A DNA stretch of 64,000 bases, from contig CAVSWL010000003.1 of NCBI GenBank assembly GCA_963731655.1, positions 24,443 through 88,442 of the forward strand, read 5' to 3'. Position 1 is the stretch's first letter. Each line of letters opens with the position of its first letter. Source of the stretch: an uncultured Gammaproteobacteria bacterium. GTDB lineage: Bacteria; Pseudomonadota; Gammaproteobacteria; JAAEPA01. Position numbers and translations under genes: made by a program. A model generated the notes under the pieces. That model did no database searches. It was not told the DNA's origin and saw only the letters and a list, made by a program, of their open reading frames with translations. Below are positions 36,086 to 43,351 of the stretch, one piece after another.

Positions 36086-37570
36086 TTAACCACCGGTGCG
36101 CTTATAAATTTTACGCACCGCATCGGGGCTGATGTCTTCAATCCGAGCGACCCTATAGTCAATCATGTCCTCGAAATCGTCGTGATCAAAACCCAACACA
36201 TCCACGTTGCTGCGAGTTTCATGGATAATGATTTGTGGGTGTAGGGGTTGATTCTCTGCATCCGCATCGCGTAATACCAACTGAATCCGGCGCCAGTCAT
36301 CATAGAAATATTCCTGCAGCAACGGCACCAATTGATTCAGCAGCACGTCTTTTAACGCAGCGAAATCCCGCACTTTGCATAAATACGCATGCCCCAACAT
36401 CAAGTCCCGGTTCAGCAAGAAACGAAGGCGCTTGTTCATCGCTTCCAACAATGCCCGCAGATTAATGACCCCACCTTCGCCATCCTCGATATAGCCGTCA
36501 CCACGGGAGCCCCTGATGACGCCCGCATCCGGCATCATTTCCTGAAATCTGAAACGGCGGCGCAAGGCGGTATCCAACAACGCGATGGAACGGTCAGCCG
36601 TGTTCATGGTGCCGTAGATGTCCAGATTCTTCGGCACCGTAAAGGCATCGCCGGAATACGGCAAGGTGATCGACAAGCCTGCCGCGAGGCTGCCGTCCGG
36701 TTTATAAGTCGCGCGTTTGTCCTGCTCAATTAAGGTAATCAGCTCACCGAAAATCTTGGCGATATTGCCACGGTTAATCTCGTCAATAAAAATGGCGTAA
36801 CGGTTTGCCGCATCATTTTGAGCGCGTTGGCAAATCCGCCGAAACACACCGGGGACCACCCGATAAACCAACTCGCCCGATTCTTCGTCTTGCACCGGCC
36901 GGATGCCTTCCACAAAATCCTCATAGCTGTAGGCTTGATGAAAGGTGACAAACTCGTAGCGGGTTTGAGCGTTTACTGCTGATGTATATTCCGCTTTCTT
37001 TCGATTGAGCTCGTACGTTTTACCTGTGCCAGGAGGGCCGTAGAGGATTAGATTAGTCGCCTCTGCGACCTCGGAAATGTCTTCGGTCATCGGCTTGGAA
37101 GGGGAAAGATTAGATAACTGATCCCACAATTTTTCTAGTTCCTCCGCACTGCGTTTTTTAATTTCTATTCCGGACGCCTGGGGCCACCATTGCTGATTGT
37201 CGATCGTGATTGCCGCAAGGTCTTTTTCGGTGATGAAATTCTCTTCGAATAAATCGAGAATGCGGATGTATTCAATATCCACATAGCGCCGGGATTTTTC
37301 TTTCGTTACATCCCCACTTATCTCATCTGAAGAAAATGATTCATAGGGCTCGGATACGATGTGACCCAAACCCATTATGCCTTTGGGCGATTCACCTACA
37401 CGTATCAACCAGGCCTTATCCCCCACGGATATTTTTTGACTTGCACAGCGCCTTTTGTGGACAACCGTAGCTCCTTGCCGTGTTCTTTGGATGTCTTCAG
37501 CCAAATCCGTCCATTCTCCCTTCCGAGGGTTCCAACAAAAGAGCCAATGGGATGGTGAGGTATCAGTCAT
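36086..37570 (-). CDS. mcrB: McrB AAA+ GTPase with an N-terminal PUA/EVE-like domain
   Basis: LILYGPPGTGKTY, FIDEINRGNIAKIFGEL and GTMNTADRSIALLDTALRRRF. The N-terminal ~90 aa (HWLFCWNP..GDKAWLIRVG..GIMGLGHIV) resemble a PUA-like reader fold. Confidence 0.9.
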   Translation of the reverse strand: MTDTSPSHWLFCWNPRKGEWTDLAEDIQRTRQGATVVHKRRCASQKISVGDKAWLIRVGESPKGIMGLGHIVSEPYESFSSDEISGDVTKEKSRRYVDIEYIRILDLFEENFITEKDLAAITIDNQQWWPQASGIEIKKRSAEELEKLWDQLSNLSPSKPMTEDISEVAEATNLILYGPPGTGKTYELNRKKAEYTSAVNAQTRYEFVTFHQAYSYEDFVEGIRPVQDEESGELVYRVVPGVFRRICQRAQNDAANRYAIFIDEINRGNIAKIFGELITLIEQDKRATYKPDGSLAAGLSITLPYSGDAFTVPKNLDIYGTMNTADRSIALLDTALRRRFRFQEMMPDAGVIRGSRGDGYIEDGEGGVINLRALLEAMNKRLRFLLNRDLMLGHAYLCKVRDFAALKDVLLNQLVPLLQEYFYDDWRRIQLVLRDADAENQPLHPQIIIHETRSNVDVLGFDHDDFEDMIDYRVARIEDISPDAVRKIYKRTGG

Positions 37571-37573
37571 AGT

Positions 37574-37608
37574 CGTTTATCGTTGATCGGTTATCGGTTA
37601 TCGGTTTT
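37574..37608 (+). repeat. heptamer array A: 5 tandem units (CGTTTAT CGTTGAT CGGTTAT CGGTTAT CGGTTTT)
   Basis: Read directly. It begins 4 nt beyond the mcrB start codon and lies 5' of the plus-strand PIN cassette. Confidence 0.9.
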
Positions 37609-37650
37609 TTATCTCTTGAGAAAAAACGGAGCATTTGTACAATTGTCTTT

Positions 37651-38040
37651 ATGAACATTTTGGCAGATACGAATATATTTTTAGCGGTTGTTCTGGATGA
37701 GCCGGAAAAAGACCGTATCATCCAACTCACAGCAGAGGCTGATCCCATCGCGCCGGAAATATTGCCGTATGAAATTGGTAATGCGCTATCCGCCATGATT
37801 AAGCGCAAGCAGATTACGCGGGATGAAGCGTTATCTGCGCAAAAAGCTACAAGCTTTATCCCTGTGAGGTTGATCCACATAGATGTGCCATTGGCCCTAA
37901 AACTTGCGATTGCATGCAATATCTACGCGTATGACGCTTATTTCCTACAGTGTGCAAAATCCTTAAGCCTTCCGCTTTTAACACTCGACAAGCGCATGAA
38001 ACAAATAGCCACACGGCTTAATATCGACGTGTTGGAGTAA
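37651..38040 (+). CDS. PIN-domain toxin (VapC-like)
   Basis: 129 aa with ILADTNIFLAVVL (first acidic residue) and AYDAYFL. On the opposite strand to the surrounding operon. Confidence 0.8.
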   Translation: MNILADTNIFLAVVLDEPEKDRIIQLTAEADPIAPEILPYEIGNALSAMIKRKQITRDEALSAQKATSFIPVRLIHIDVPLALKLAIACNIYAYDAYFLQCAKSLSLPLLTLDKRMKQIATRLNIDVLE

Positions 38041-38046
38041 CCCTTA

Positions 38047-38265
38047 ATGAAAGTATTTACCTATTCAGAAGCCCGCCAGAATCTTGCTAAGCTATTAAAG
38101 CTTGCGCAAAAAGAAGAGGTCGAAATTCGTAGACGAGATGGCACTTTGTTTTCCTTAACGTTAAAGAAGAAAAAAGCAAAATCACCTTTCGATGTTCCCG
38201 GAATAAAAACGAAAGCGACGACTGAAGAGATTTTGGATGCTGTTCGGGAATCGAGAAAAAGTTAA
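38047..38265 (+). CDS. Phd/YefM-type antitoxin, encoded downstream of its toxin
   Basis: 72 aa. MKVFTYSEARQNLAKLL..EEVEIRRRDG is a Phd/YefM N-terminal pattern. It lies 6 nt after the PIN gene. Confidence 0.65.
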   Translation: MKVFTYSEARQNLAKLLKLAQKEEVEIRRRDGTLFSLTLKKKKAKSPFDVPGIKTKATTEEILDAVRESRKS

Positions 38266-38275
38266 CAGTTATTTT

Positions 38276-38333
38276 CGGTTGTCGGTTGTCGGTTGTCGGT
38301 TAACCGTAAACTGATAACTGATAACCGATAACG
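38276..38333 (+). repeat. heptamer palindrome B: (CGGTTGT)x3 CGGTTAA | CCGTAAA (CTGATAA)x2 CCGATAA
   Basis: Hand pairing around the GGTTAACC centre (38298-38305) gives ~22 Watson-Crick pairs plus 4 G:T on the plus strand. It fills the gap between the Phd stop and the MTase stop. Confidence 0.9.
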
Positions 38334-38334
38334 T

Positions 38335-40422
38335 TTAAATCCCGACAACAACCCGCTGCTCGCTGCGCTCAATCTCGCTAAGCGCATCAAACGCTTCCAA
38401 CACCAACCGTCTTGTTCGATATTCGCCGAATTCTTTGATCTCCTTGTTCTTTAGGACACGAAAGGTTTCTGAAGGGTAGTCCTCGCCCATCACGTCCGCG
38501 GGATCGAGGATGTAGCGCAGCTCGTCGCGGGTCAGACCGTAAAGTTTTGCATAGTAGGCGTCCAGTTCGGATTTGAGTTGGTGGCGACGTTCGGGGTCGA
38601 AGGGGAACGGTTCGCCGAAGTAGCCTAAGTCTTCGGCGAAGGGTTTTAGGTCGTGGGTGGTGTAGGCGAGTTCTAGGACGCGGGGGAGGATGAATTTTTG
38701 GTCAGTCCGGGCGTATTGATCGGGAGAAAGAAATGGCAATTGTTTTGGAATGTAGAAATTGAAATTTGCTCCACCTATCTTCTGCCGTGCAATAAAATCA
38801 AATATTAAGCTGATGCAATTTGCGTAAAATGCGGCTATTTGAGGAGTGTGGATATCCTGAGAGGGTATTAGCAGGTGAAAACTATTTCCGACAGGTGATA
38901 TAGGAATAATGCATGGAATTACGCTTCTTTCATCTGTTGTTCTGGCAATTCCTCGCCACCCCAATAAATACTTGGGCCGCCGCGATTCCAGCAGCGGCCA
39001 AACCAGCATCCAAGGATCGGCATTTGCTTTCAGCGACTTTGCCAGTTGCGTAGTTTCCTCGTAGCTCAGTGGATAGTCGTGTTGCATTTGCCGCGCGGCT
39101 TCGGTCTGCGGCGACGGGGTGGTGGCGAATAAATCACCGTTGGTCCCCTGCGTCGGAGAAGCTAACAAACTATCGAATAGTGACCTGTATTTCTTTCCCG
39201 GATGCAGCGCCAGATGCGCGCCGGCGGTCCAGAGTTTCAAAGCGGTGGTGAGCGCTTCAGCATCTTGCTTTTTAGCGGCATCCAGCACCGCTTTAGGCGC
39301 GCGGGCGGTGCGCAGGGTGACTTCGTTTTTTGCCACCCAATAGCGGGGCCGGTTGACGTAGTTGGGGGCTTGCTTCTCCGCCAGCGTGCAATCCCGGCTG
39401 GTTTCGCCGTCGGTTTCGTAGGTCGCCCAACGGTGGTCGTAGTGGTGGATCATTTTTGCTTCATATAATCGTAAATGGTTGTCAGTTATCAGTTGTCGGT
39501 TAACGGTTTTTGCTTTGCTGTTAACCGGTAACTGATAACCGGTAACCGATAACTCCTCGAGTTGGTTATGAGTCGTAAACAAGCCGCTGTCGTTGGACAT
39601 ATCAAATAACCGAGCGAACTTGATGCCCCAAGAATTTTGCTCCGGCTTTTTGCCACTTGCCTCGCGGATCAATACCGGTGCAGAGCGGTAGAGTTTTTTG
39701 GTCAACTCGGCGTCCATCTGGGAGCGAAATACCGGGCAGGTTTTGGTGTTGGGGTTGATGAGCTCGAATTCTTCTCTGCTCAAACTGAAGCGCCGTCGAT
39801 CATCTTTAAGTTGCGTGGGCTGGGTGGCGAAAAACGCCAACTCTGCCTTCGGCACGTTATAGCCCATAGTCAGCAGACAAAATTTGTAACTGCGATGTAC
39901 GCCGGGAAACAATGCATCACGATTCTCGAAATCATACAAGTTGGCCAAACGATTCCCTGCCGCCAACCAACCGAAGAACAACTTGGTCGAGTCGTCGGTG
40001 GCGATGCCGGTAGGTACAATCGTACCCGCTCGACCGTCCGGGTTGATCGCTTTGGCGAAGTGCTCGGCAAAAATTGCATAGAGATTGACGTCGCCGCGTC
40101 CCGTCAGCGGATAGCGCCCCGATAGACGCGCAAAGGCGCTGCCGCCTTCTGCGCTTTGTTTGGCCCGCATAAAATCATCGTATAAGGTTCGTTCGGCCGG
40201 AGTATCGCTATTAGTCAGGGCGTTGATCAGACGGTTGCGTGCGGCGGCATTGGCGGCTCCCGCAATTCCGGTGCTGCGCGACGCGAAAAATTCCTTTTCC
40301 TGTAATTTGATGCGCTCCCAAGGCGGATTCCCCAGCATCACGTCAAATCCACCGTTCCCTTCTTCATCAAACACGCTCGGAAACGCCAGTGGCCAGTGAA
40401 AGAACTGGTGGGTTTCGGCCAA
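38335..40422 (-). CDS. N6-adenine DNA methyltransferase, 3' fragment (catalytic NPPW motif plus C-terminal domains)
   Basis: 695 aa with FDVMLGNPPWERI (motif IV) and LYEAKMIHHYDHRW. It joins the upstream fragment through a 1-nt frameshift near 40424. Confidence 0.85.
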   Translation of the reverse strand: MAETHQFFHWPLAFPSVFDEEGNGGFDVMLGNPPWERIKLQEKEFFASRSTGIAGAANAAARNRLINALTNSDTPAERTLYDDFMRAKQSAEGGSAFARLSGRYPLTGRGDVNLYAIFAEHFAKAINPDGRAGTIVPTGIATDDSTKLFFGWLAAGNRLANLYDFENRDALFPGVHRSYKFCLLTMGYNVPKAELAFFATQPTQLKDDRRRFSLSREEFELINPNTKTCPVFRSQMDAELTKKLYRSAPVLIREASGKKPEQNSWGIKFARLFDMSNDSGLFTTHNQLEELSVTGYQLPVNSKAKTVNRQLITDNHLRLYEAKMIHHYDHRWATYETDGETSRDCTLAEKQAPNYVNRPRYWVAKNEVTLRTARAPKAVLDAAKKQDAEALTTALKLWTAGAHLALHPGKKYRSLFDSLLASPTQGTNGDLFATTPSPQTEAARQMQHDYPLSYEETTQLAKSLKANADPWMLVWPLLESRRPKYLLGWRGIARTTDERSVIPCIIPISPVGNSFHLLIPSQDIHTPQIAAFYANCISLIFDFIARQKIGGANFNFYIPKQLPFLSPDQYARTDQKFILPRVLELAYTTHDLKPFAEDLGYFGEPFPFDPERRHQLKSELDAYYAKLYGLTRDELRYILDPADVMGEDYPSETFRVLKNKEIKEFGEYRTRRLVLEAFDALSEIERSEQRVVVGI
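39477..39553 (+). repeat. heptamer palindrome C, in-frame inside the methyltransferase gene
   Basis: Arms at 39477-39506 and 39520-39553 with a 13-nt loop. It is translated on the minus strand as ..ELSVTGYQLPVNSKAKTVNRQLITDN.. without a stop. Confidence 0.9.
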
Positions 40423-41230
40423 GTGCGGTGACCATTTGATAGACGCCTACCGGTAACATGCCGCCGTCGGCGAGCAGCTTCAGGTGGGCATTGGTGGGAA
40501 CGCTGTCCCGGGTTTCTGCGGTTTTGGGCGCAAAGAAAGCCGCGGTAAAGAGGTCCTCCAGTAGCCGTTCGTCTTTGGACTGCTGATCTTGCCGGGCTTG
40601 CTCGAAGGCGCGGCGCTTGGCTTCGACCTGTTCCACGCTGTCTTCCGGCATGGTTTCAAAATCGTTAAACGGAAGCGAAGCCATGTTCAACGACACGGCG
40701 ATATCCTCGCCGGCTATTTTGTTGATTTTTCTCAGTTCGGTGCAGATTTTTTTATCGTCCCCCGACAATGCCTTGTAAGCATCGTCCGGGATGCCGTTCT
40801 CCAACAGCGCTGGATCCAGCACGCCCACCAAAGCATTACCGCATCGAACATGGGCGTCCAGAAAACTTAGAGGTTTCCCCGGCTCGATGGACTCCAGCCA
40901 CAGGCCGGTCTTACACAGTTCGATGGCCAAGGGATTGATATCCACCCCATAAATACTGTGCCGTACAACTTCGCGCAGGGCATGGCGATAGTGTTGCTCT
41001 GTGGATTGATCGAGCCCCGCGTCGATACGCGCCAACTCCATCGCCAGGCGACGCGCCGCCGCCAGCAGGAAATGGCCCGAGCCGCAGGCTGGGTCGCATA
41101 CGGTAATTGAAAGAATTGACTCGCGGGGATTTTTGGGATTCCGTTGCAGGCGGTCCTCGATCACCGGCACCAGCGCCGATTGAATCAGCTCCTGCACCAG
41201 GGAATCGGGAGTGTAATAGGAACCGGACAA
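40367..41230 (-). CDS. N6-adenine DNA methyltransferase, middle fragment (SAM-binding motif I)
   Basis: 287 aa with SGSYYTPDSLV and VCDPACGSGHFLL. The frame is open upstream to the MITE border (..FLGDDEDEQATNGHARKL). Confidence 0.85.
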   Translation of the reverse strand: MSGSYYTPDSLVQELIQSALVPVIEDRLQRNPKNPRESILSITVCDPACGSGHFLLAAARRLAMELARIDAGLDQSTEQHYRHALREVVRHSIYGVDINPLAIELCKTGLWLESIEPGKPLSFLDAHVRCGNALVGVLDPALLENGIPDDAYKALSGDDKKICTELRKINKIAGEDIAVSLNMASLPFNDFETMPEDSVEQVEAKRRAFEQARQDQQSKDERLLEDLFTAAFFAPKTAETRDSVPTNAHLKLLADGGMLPVGVYQMVTALGRNPPVLSLATGVSERV

Positions 41231-41282
41231 TTTACGTGCGTGACCGTTGGTTGCTTGCTCGTCCTCGTCATCACCTAGAAAG

Positions 41283-41490
41283 CATACGTCACAAGTTAAC
41301 CAAATTAGGAAAATGTCAAGTTCTCTGGTAAAGAAAATTTTACTTTAATAATCATTAGATTACATGTCTGCCCGATGTGTTGTGGTCAGAATGGCAAAAG
41401 CGATTCACTTTTTAGGTTTTTTTAACATATTGTTTTAATTTAGATTTTATTTCTTGACAAATCCACTTTTTTCCTAACTTGTGGCGAATG
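41283..41490. mobile_element. 208-bp MITE-like insertion with a 9-bp target-site duplication
   Basis: TSD CCTAGAAAG at 41274-41282 and 41491-41499. Terminal inverted repeats are CATACGTCACAAGTTA and CATTCGCCACAAGTTA (14 of 16 match). AT-rich with no ORF. Removing the element plus one TSD rejoins ..WRLSFLG|DDEDEQ.. in frame. Confidence 0.8.
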
Positions 41491-42851
41491 CCTAGAAAGC
41501 TTAAACGCCATTGACCTTGGGTGCGCAATTGCGGAATCAGCTCCAGCAGGGATTCGTATACCGAACCGAATTCTTCGGTGTCCATATCCCGGTAATTAAC
41601 CAGGGACAGTACGCCCTCATATTGGAAGTAACCAAGCTTAAACAGCGCCTCATACAAAAAGCGGTTTTCCAGTTCACAGAATTCCAACGCCGCGCATTGC
41701 TCGACGCTAAATATGCCGCCCAGTGCGGGTTGGGCTAGTAAGGACTGGCCGTTTGCAAAACCGGCAAAGATGATCAACAGTTGCTGCCAGGCGTCGCCAT
41801 AGTGGTCATGGTGGGCGCGCAGCCGCGAGCGCTTGCGCAATTGGGCGACGCTGTAGCTTTGTTGGTACAAGCTCCTGGCAGCGGTGTAATCTTGCCCATC
41901 ATGGTCTACGGGTAAAAGGGCCAGATCGCGGTCTTCCGCAGTCAGCAAGAACAGCAGGCGGTACACCAGGCGCAATACCTGTTGGTAATACTGCTCGGTG
42001 GACAGCTCGCCGCTGCTGAGCTGGTCGCGCAGCGCTAGGTTTTGCGGGTGCGCCACAAATCCCGTGCCCAACGCGCGCAAGGCGTCTGCCACGCCGTAGC
42101 GCAACTCGCCCAATACGCGTTCGCCTTCGGCCGCGCCTTTCTGCCGCCATTGTTCCAGCCAACAGTTCTCTAATATGCCATTCTGAGGCTCTGTGCGGCT
42201 GTGATGCAGTAACAACCAAAGGGTTGCGAAGTCGGGATAGTTCTCTTCGTCAAATAAGCTGTCGAGATCCACCTCGATATAGGCCGGGCGGGTCATGGCG
42301 GGATTGTTGCGCAACACGCACAACTGAACACCGTTGGAAACCAGCGCCCACAGGCAGGCGTTTTCCGCGTTCAGGTATTCCTGGGCGAGACCCACGGGGG
42401 AGCGTTTATTGCCATCCTGACCGAAGGCGACATCGCCCTTATCCAATTCTTTGCCGGCGTCGCATAACACCAAGGGCACGCTGCCGTCGTTGGCGAAATG
42501 AGTGATGGGAAATTCGCGCTCACCGATGCGCCGCGGCTGAGCGGATTCAACGCGGAAACCCAAAACATCGTTTAACAGGGGCAAGAGCCAGAGTTTTACC
42601 GCCAGTCGTTCCGGATGAATATCGGTGCGCTGACGATGTTCGTTGTAAGCTTGCCAATGACTTTGCGCAATACGCCAATAACGGCCTAGCTCGTCCGCCA
42701 GCTTCAAGCATTTCGGAATTCCGTAGTCGGCCGGAGTTTGGCCAGGCAAGGCGTACTTGCGCGCCTTCCGCAACACCTGGCTGGTCAGCAGTCCACCGAC
42801 GACGCGGATGGATTCGAACAGTTGGTCGTTCGGATTAGTTTCCTTACTCAT
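41412..42851 (-). CDS. N6-adenine DNA methyltransferase, 5' fragment (N-terminal domain)
   Basis: 479-aa ORF. Residues after ..QGQWRLSFLG are read-through into the MITE, so genuine coding ends at about 41491. Confidence 0.75.
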   Translation of the reverse strand: MSKETNPNDQLFESIRVVGGLLTSQVLRKARKYALPGQTPADYGIPKCLKLADELGRYWRIAQSHWQAYNEHRQRTDIHPERLAVKLWLLPLLNDVLGFRVESAQPRRIGEREFPITHFANDGSVPLVLCDAGKELDKGDVAFGQDGNKRSPVGLAQEYLNAENACLWALVSNGVQLCVLRNNPAMTRPAYIEVDLDSLFDEENYPDFATLWLLLHHSRTEPQNGILENCWLEQWRQKGAAEGERVLGELRYGVADALRALGTGFVAHPQNLALRDQLSSGELSTEQYYQQVLRLVYRLLFLLTAEDRDLALLPVDHDGQDYTAARSLYQQSYSVAQLRKRSRLRAHHDHYGDAWQQLLIIFAGFANGQSLLAQPALGGIFSVEQCAALEFCELENRFLYEALFKLGYFQYEGVLSLVNYRDMDTEEFGSVYESLLELIPQLRTQGQWRLSFLGIRHKLGKKWICQEIKSKLKQYVKKT

Positions 42852-42868
42852 TGGTCCTTTTCTAAAAA

Positions 42869-42924
42869 GTTATCGGTTATCAGTTATCGGTTTCCGGTTA
42901 GCTGCTAACCGATAACCGACAACC
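42869..42924 (+). repeat. heptamer palindrome D
   Basis: GTTATCGGTTATCAGTTATCGGTTTCCGGTTA - GCTGC - TAACCGATAACCGACAACC. It lies between the MTase start (42851) and the four-helix-bundle gene stop (42926). Confidence 0.9.
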
Positions 42925-42925
42925 T

Positions 42926-43276
42926 TCAACGATTATTCAAAGAATCATGTAACGCCTGAAGCATTCTTGAAATTGATTTCAATTCCTTAATCAGTGCTTT
43001 CGCTTCCACGTCTGGAAGCAGCTTGACGGCTTGCGCGATAAACACCTGAGTTCTCAGTTCCGCGGCCGACCCCTTTGATATGTTTGTAAATCGCTTAAAT
43101 TCAGCAACACTGTTTCTCTCACTTCCTTCCGCAACATTAGAAGGAATGGATACCGCCGCGCGCAGCATTTGATCCTTCATTGCGTAATCGCGACAATCTC
43201 TCAGTAATTCATACAGACGTACCGTCAACCGACACGACTTCTTCCAAACCTCCAACTCTTCAAACCCAACACTCAT
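42926..43276 (-). CDS. four-helix-bundle protein (23S rRNA intervening-sequence / S23p family)
   Basis: 116 aa. FEELEVWKKS, LRAAVSIPSNVAEGSER and SKGSAAELRTQ are the hallmark of the TIGR02436-type family. Confidence 0.85.
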   Translation of the reverse strand: MSVGFEELEVWKKSCRLTVRLYELLRDCRDYAMKDQMLRAAVSIPSNVAEGSERNSVAEFKRFTNISKGSAAELRTQVFIAQAVKLLPDVEAKALIKELKSISRMLQALHDSLNNR

Positions 43277-43288
43277 CCCTTATCCCCA

Positions 43289-43349
43289 CCGACAACCGAC
43301 AACCACGACAACCGACAACCGATAACCGATAACCGATAACCGATAACCC
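43289..43349 (+). repeat. heptamer array E: ~8.5 tandem units (CCGACAA x4 with one 9-mer, then CCGATAA x4)
   Basis: Read directly. It fills the gap between the four-helix-bundle start (43276) and the SNF2 stop (43352). Its orientation is complementary to arrays A and F. Confidence 0.9.
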
Positions 43350-43351
43350 CT

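Noticed and set aside
41454-41480. TTGACA ... TAACTT promoter-like hexamers inside the MITE, reading outward on the plus strand
   Set aside because: The spacer is only ~15 nt and the -10 match is weak. The direction is antisense to the methyltransferase and has no target gene.
38276-42924. Could the cassette-plus-3'-hairpin organisation be an integron with attC sites?
   Set aside because: No intI integrase or attI is present in the window. The hairpin ends do not fit the GTTRRRY/RYYYAAC core sites. The cassettes lie on opposite strands inside an operon rather than in a unidirectional array.
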